From assembly GCA_043760065.1 (NCBI GenBank), contig JAYUPN010000064.1:1-44797 (forward strand): a stretch of DNA of 44,797 nt, read 5' to 3'. Below, one piece after another: positions 39,312 to 44,797 of the stretch; the stretch's first letter is position 1; every line of letters begins with the position of its first letter. This stretch comes from Rubrivivax sp. GTDB taxonomy: Bacteria > Pseudomonadota > Gammaproteobacteria > Burkholderiales > Burkholderiaceae_C. The position numbers and the translations under genes were made by a program. Below the pieces are notes generated by a model. That model searched no databases and was not told where the DNA came from. It saw nothing but the letters and a program-made list of their open reading frames with translations.

Positions 39312-40954
39312 CGATGCAGAAGCCCTTCGCCATCACGCTCGACCCCGGGTCGTCGCTGGCCAACAAGACCGGCACCTGGCGCACCGAACGCCCGGTCTAC
39401 GTCGACCGCCTGCCGCCGTGCAACAGCACCTGCCCGGCCGGCGAGGACATCCAGGGCTGGCTGTTCCATGCAGAAAGCGGCGACTACGAAGCCGCCTGGC
39501 GCCACCTGGTGCGCGACAACCCGTTCCCGGCGATGTTGGGCCGCATCTGCTATCACACCTGCGAGTCGGCATGCAACCGCGGCCGCATCGACGCCCCGGT
39601 GGGCATCAACTCGGTCGAGCGCTTCCTGGGCGACGAAGCACTGAAGCAGGGCTGGCGCTTCACGGCGCCGGCGCAGGCCACGGGCCGCCACGTGCTGGTG
39701 GTCGGCGCCGGGCCATCGGGCATGTCGGCGGCCTACCAGCTGCGCCGCCTGGGCCACCGCGTGACGGTGCTCGAAGCCGGCCCGCAGTTGGGCGGCATGA
39801 TGCGCTTCGGCATCCCCAAGTACCGGCTGCCGCGCGACGTGCTCGACGCCGAGATGCAGCGCATCGTCGAGCTGGGTGTGGAGGTTCGCCTCAACACCAA
39901 AGTCGCCGACCTCGCGCAGACGATGAAGGACGGCACCTTCGACGCCGCCTTCCTGGCCGTCGGCGCCCACATCGCCAAGCGCGCCTACATCCCGGCCAAG
40001 GACTCCTTGCACATCCTCGACGCGGTGACCGTGCTGCGCTCGATGGAAGGCGCCGAGCAGCCGCTGCTGGGCCGCCGCGTCGTCGTCTACGGCGGCGGCA
40101 ACACCGCCATCGACGTCGCGCGCACCGCCAAACGGCTGGGCGCCACCGAGGCCATCATCGTCTACCGCCGCACGCGCGAGAAGATGCCGGCGCACGACTT
40201 CGAGGTCGAGGAAGCGCTGGAAGAAGGCGTGATGGTGAAGTGGCTGTCGACGATCAAGCAGTCGGGCAGCGACGACAACCCCGGCACGCTGACGATCGAG
40301 AAGATGTTGCTCGACGACAAGGGCAACCCGCAGCCCACGGGCGAGTTCGAGACGCTGGAGGCCGACACGCTGGTGCTGGCGCTGGGCCAGGACGTCGACC
40401 TGTCGCTGCTGCAGGGCGTGGCCGGCCTGACGCTGAAGGACGGCGTGGTGCAGGTCGACCCGGCGACGATGATGACCGGCCATCCGGGCCTGTTTGCAGG
40501 CGGCGACATGGTGCCAGCCGAGCGCAACGTCACGGTGGCCGTCGGCCACGGCAAGAAGGCCGCGCGCCATATCGACGCCTGGCTGCGCGGCACCACGGTG
40601 CCGGTGCTGCCCAAACACGCTGCGGCGAGCTTCGAGCACCTCAACCCCTGGTACTACAGCGACGCGCCCAAGACCGTGCGGCCGCAGCTCGACCTGGCGC
40701 GGCGCACGAGCAGCTTCGACGAGGTGCTGGGCGGCCTGAGCGCCGACAACGCGCTCTTCGAAGCGCGCCGCTGCCTGAGCTGCGGCAACTGCTTCGAATG
40801 CGACAACTGCTACGGCGTGTGCCCCGACAACGCCGTCATCAAGCTCGGCCCCGGCAAGCGCTTCGAGTTCAACCTGGACTACTGCAAGGGCTGCGGCATC
40901 TGCGTCGCCGAATGCCCAAGCGGCGCCATCGAGATGCGGCCGGAGCAGGTCTGA
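39308..40954 (+). CDS. POR delta-like ferredoxin subunit with an inserted GltD-like FAD/NADP(H) oxidoreductase module (DsrL-like architecture)
   Basis: N-terminal SSLANKTGTWRTERPV (PorD-like); PPC..TCP, GRICYH.CE..C, GAGPSG, GIPKYRLP, GGGNTAID, YRR; C-terminal RCLSCGNCFECDNCYGVCP and DYCKGCGICVAECP. Confidence 0.85.
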   Translation: MTMQKPFAITLDPGSSLANKTGTWRTERPVYVDRLPPCNSTCPAGEDIQGWLFHAESGDYEAAWRHLVRDNPFPAMLGRICYHTCESACNRGRIDAPVGINSVERFLGDEALKQGWRFTAPAQATGRHVLVVGAGPSGMSAAYQLRRLGHRVTVLEAGPQLGGMMRFGIPKYRLPRDVLDAEMQRIVELGVEVRLNTKVADLAQTMKDGTFDAAFLAVGAHIAKRAYIPAKDSLHILDAVTVLRSMEGAEQPLLGRRVVVYGGGNTAIDVARTAKRLGATEAIIVYRRTREKMPAHDFEVEEALEEGVMVKWLSTIKQSGSDDNPGTLTIEKMLLDDKGNPQPTGEFETLEADTLVLALGQDVDLSLLQGVAGLTLKDGVVQVDPATMMTGHPGLFAGGDMVPAERNVTVAVGHGKKAARHIDAWLRGTTVPVLPKHAAASFEHLNPWYYSDAPKTVRPQLDLARRTSSFDEVLGGLSADNALFEARRCLSCGNCFECDNCYGVCPDNAVIKLGPGKRFEFNLDYCKGCGICVAECPSGAIEMRPEQV

Positions 40955-42229
<1,275 letters not shown>

Positions 42230-42315
42230 GTGATGCCCCCAAACTCACTGCGTTCGCTGCCCCCCAAGGGGGCGCAGGCCTTGCTTGGGGCGGCCCGGCG
42301 CGAGGCCTGATCATG
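42230..42315 (+). repeat. Palindromic repeat element copy 2 containing mini-ORF 42233-42310 MPPNSLRSLPPKGAQALLGAARREA
   Basis: Core CCCCCAAACTCACTGCGTTCGCTGCCCCCCAAGGGGGCGC matches copy 1; variable stem CAGGCCTTGC/GCGAGGCCTG. Confidence 0.8.
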
Positions 42316-43326
42316 GCCACGATGACCATGATCCAGGCCCTGCGTTCGGCGATGGACGTGATGCTCGGCCGCGACCCCGACGTCGTGGTCTTCGGCCAGG
42401 ACGTGGGCTACTTCGGCGGCGTCTTCCGCTGCACCGACGGCCTGCAGGCCAAGTACGGCACCTCGCGCGTGTTCGACGCACCGATCTCCGAAGGCGGCAT
42501 CGTCGGCACGGCCATCGGCATGGCCGCCTACGGCCTGCGGCCGGTGGTGGAAGTGCAGTTCGCCGACTACTTCTACCCGGCGTCGGACCAGATCGTGTCC
42601 GAGGCGGCGCGGCTGCGCTACCGCTCGGCGGGCGACTTCACCTCGCCGATCACGATCCGCATGCCCTGCGGCGGCGGCATCTACGGCGGGCAGACGCACA
42701 GCCAGAGCCCTGAGGCGCTGTTCACCCACGTCTGCGGGCTGCGCACGGTGATGCCGAGCAACCCCTACGACGCCAAGGGGCTGCTCATCGCCTCGATCGA
42801 GAACGACGACCCTGTCATCTTCCTCGAACCCAAGCGGCTCTACAACGGCCCCTTCGACGGCCACCACGACAAGCCGGTGGTGCCGTGGTCCGCGCACCCG
42901 TCGAGCGAGGTGCCCGAGGGCCACTACACCGTGCCTCTGGAATCCGCGGCGGTGTTCCGCCCTGGCGGCGATCTGACGCTGCTGACCTACGGCACGATGG
43001 TCTTCGTCGCCGAGGCGGCAGCGCACGAGAGCGGCATCGACGCCGAGATCATCGACCTGCGCAGCCTGTGGCCGCTGGACCTGCCGACGCTGCTGGCATC
43101 GGTGAAGAAGACGCGCCGCTGCGTCGTGGTGCACGAAGCCACGCGCACCAGCGGCTTCGGCGCCGAGCTTGTGGCGCTGGTGCAGGAGCACTGCTTCTAC
43201 CACCTGGAGGCGCCGATCGAGCGCGTCACCGGCTGGGACACGCCCTACCCGCACGCACTGGAGTGGGCGTACTTTCCCGGCCCGGCGCGCGTGGCGGCGG
43301 CGATGAAGCGGGTGATGGAGCCATGA
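42313..43326 (+). CDS. bkdA2: Branched-chain alpha-keto acid dehydrogenase E1 beta
   Basis: MTMIQALRSAMD, FGQDVGYFGGVFR.T.GLQ, GGIYGGQTHSQSPEA, FLEPKRLY, TGWDTPYPH. Confidence 0.95.
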   Translation: MATMTMIQALRSAMDVMLGRDPDVVVFGQDVGYFGGVFRCTDGLQAKYGTSRVFDAPISEGGIVGTAIGMAAYGLRPVVEVQFADYFYPASDQIVSEAARLRYRSAGDFTSPITIRMPCGGGIYGGQTHSQSPEALFTHVCGLRTVMPSNPYDAKGLLIASIENDDPVIFLEPKRLYNGPFDGHHDKPVVPWSAHPSSEVPEGHYTVPLESAAVFRPGGDLTLLTYGTMVFVAEAAAHESGIDAEIIDLRSLWPLDLPTLLASVKKTRRCVVVHEATRTSGFGAELVALVQEHCFYHLEAPIERVTGWDTPYPHALEWAYFPGPARVAAAMKRVMEP

Positions 43327-44621
43327 GCGTTCACGTCATCCGCATGCCCGACCTGGGCGAAGGCATCGCCGAAGTCGAACTCGTCGGCTGGCACGTCGCT
43401 CCCGGCGACACGGTGGCCGAAGACCAGGTGCTGGCCGACGTGATGACCGACAAGGCCTCGGTCGAGATCCCGTCGCCGGTGGCCGGCACCGTGCTGGCGC
43501 TGGGCGGCGAGGTCGGGCAGATGATGGCGGTGGGGTCGGAGCTGATCCGCATCAAGCTGGGTGATGGCAGCGCCGCTGGGCACGCTGCTGCGCCAGCGCC
43601 GGCAGCCCTGGCGACGCCTTCGCGTCCACCGACCGGCGGCGCTCTCGCGCCGGCGCCGGCAGCGCGACCGGCGCCCCCGGCATCGCCGTCGCCAACCAGC
43701 GCCGACCGCCCGCTGGCTTCGCCCGCCGTGCGCGCCCGGGCCTGGGAACTCGGCATCGACCTGCGCGAGGTCAGGCCCGGCGGCACCGCCGGCCGCGTGA
43801 TGCAGGCCGACCTCGACGCTCACCTGGCCCAAGGAGGCGCCCGGTCGCCCACAGCCGCGGCTGCTGCGTCCCCTGCTGCTGCGTCCCCTGCTGCTGCACC
43901 ACGCGTCGCCAGCCCGGCCGCAGAGCCGCAGCAGATGAAGATCGTCGGCCTGCGGCGAAAGATCGCGCTGAAGATGCAGGAGGCCAAGCGCCGCATCCCG
44001 CACTTCACGTACGTCGAGGAGGTCGACGTCACCGAGCTCGAAGCACTGCGCGCGCGGCTCAACGCCCGCCACGGCGAGCAGCGAGGGCACCTCACGCTGC
44101 TGGCCTTCCTGGTGCGCGCCATCGTGCTCGGCGCACGCGACTTCCCGCAGGTCAACGCGCGCTTCGACGACGAGGCCGGTGTGCTGACGCTGCATCCTGC
44201 CGTGCACCTGGGCGTGGCCACGCAGACGCCGGCGGGCCTGATGGTGCCGGTGCTGCGCGACGCGCAGGCGCACGACCTGTGGGCCAACGCGGCCGAGGTG
44301 GCGCGCCTGGCGGCCGCGGCGCGCAGCGGCAAGGCGGTGCGCGACGAGCTCAGCGGCTCGACGATCACGCTGACCAGCCTGGGCCGCCTGGGCGGCATCG
44401 CCTCGACGCCGGTCATCAATGCGCCCGAAGTCGCGATCATCGGCGTCAACAAGGCCGTCGAGCGCCCGGTTGTCGTCAATGGCGCGATCGCCGTGCGCCG
44501 CATCATGAATCTCTCCTCGTCCTTCGATCACCGATTCGTGGACGGTTTCGATGCCGCCGCGATGATCCAGGCGCTGAAAGAGCGTTTGGAACACCCCGCA
44601 ACCATCTTCATACAGGATTGA
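43323..44621 (+). CDS. bkdB: Dihydrolipoamide acyltransferase E2 of the branched-chain keto acid dehydrogenase
   Basis: Lipoyl motif VMTDKA.VEIPSP, E3-binding LASPAVR, catalytic FDHR.VDG. Confidence 0.93.
   Translation: MSVHVIRMPDLGEGIAEVELVGWHVAPGDTVAEDQVLADVMTDKASVEIPSPVAGTVLALGGEVGQMMAVGSELIRIKLGDGSAAGHAAAPAPAALATPSRPPTGGALAPAPAARPAPPASPSPTSADRPLASPAVRARAWELGIDLREVRPGGTAGRVMQADLDAHLAQGGARSPTAAAAASPAAASPAAAPRVASPAAEPQQMKIVGLRRKIALKMQEAKRRIPHFTYVEEVDVTELEALRARLNARHGEQRGHLTLLAFLVRAIVLGARDFPQVNARFDDEAGVLTLHPAVHLGVATQTPAGLMVPVLRDAQAHDLWANAAEVARLAAAARSGKAVRDELSGSTITLTSLGRLGGIASTPVINAPEVAIIGVNKAVERPVVVNGAIAVRRIMNLSSSFDHRFVDGFDAAAMIQALKERLEHPATIFIQD
43860..43897 (+). repeat. 15-bp tandem repeat (about 2.5 copies) encoding AASPA units in the E2 linker
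   Basis: GCTGCTGCGTCCCCT x2 plus GCTGCTGC. Confidence 0.8.
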
Positions 44622-44628
44622 CCACCCC

Positions 44629-44797
44629 ATGAACGCACAGGTCATGCAGGCCCGCACCGCGTCCGATTCCGCGACCCGACCCGCCTTCGGTACCGTGCTC
44701 GCGAGCACGATGGCGGTCGCGAGCTGGCGCGACGGCAAGTGGTCGGCGCAGGAATTGCGCAAGTACGGACCGATCGAGCTCTCGCCGGCAATCCATG
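44629..44797 (+). CDS. ilvE: Branched-chain amino acid aminotransferase, 3'-truncated by window edge (not in the ORF track)
   Basis: Manual translation MNAQVMQARTASDSATRPAFGTVLASTMAVASWRDGKWSAQELRKYGPIELSPAIH fits the FG....M....W..G.W......YGPI.LSPA start of BCAT. Confidence 0.7.
   Translation, partial: MNAQVMQARTASDSATRPAFGTVLASTMAVASWRDGKWSAQELRKYGPIELSPAIH

Overview
GC-rich window, most likely from a Burkholderiales-type betaproteobacterium (inferred from a Bug/TctC gene and a Comamonadaceae-style palindromic repeat). It is almost entirely one anaerobic energy-metabolism island. In order: a complete porin-cytochrome extracellular electron transfer module (MtoD-like monoheme cytochrome, NapC/CymA-like tetraheme, decaheme MtrC lipoprotein, an unexplained exported helix-hairpin-helix protein, MtrA, MtrB); a divergent 14-gene complex I (nuoA-N) with a short NuoG; a stand-alone cNMP-binding protein; alanine dehydrogenase; NfnAB-like transhydrogenase; a two-subunit 2-oxoacid:ferredoxin oxidoreductase followed by a degenerate PFOR-like/ferredoxin fusion; a Wolinella-type fumarate reductase FrdCAB; a POR whose delta subunit carries an inserted GltD-like NADP(H) module; and a branched-chain keto-acid dehydrogenase cluster whose E1-alpha has an in-frame TGA. 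Nine FNR-type boxes were read by eye. Eight lie 21-23 nt from a -10-like hexamer (class II geometry), which suggests one oxygen-controlled regulon. Two copies of a ~80-bp hairpin repeat each form a mini-ORF that exactly bridges a stop codon and the next start codon. The last ~380 bp show an abrupt codon-usage shift (possible chimera). No rRNA, tRNA, CRISPR, integrase or transposase was seen. All calls come from motif recognition only; no searches were run.
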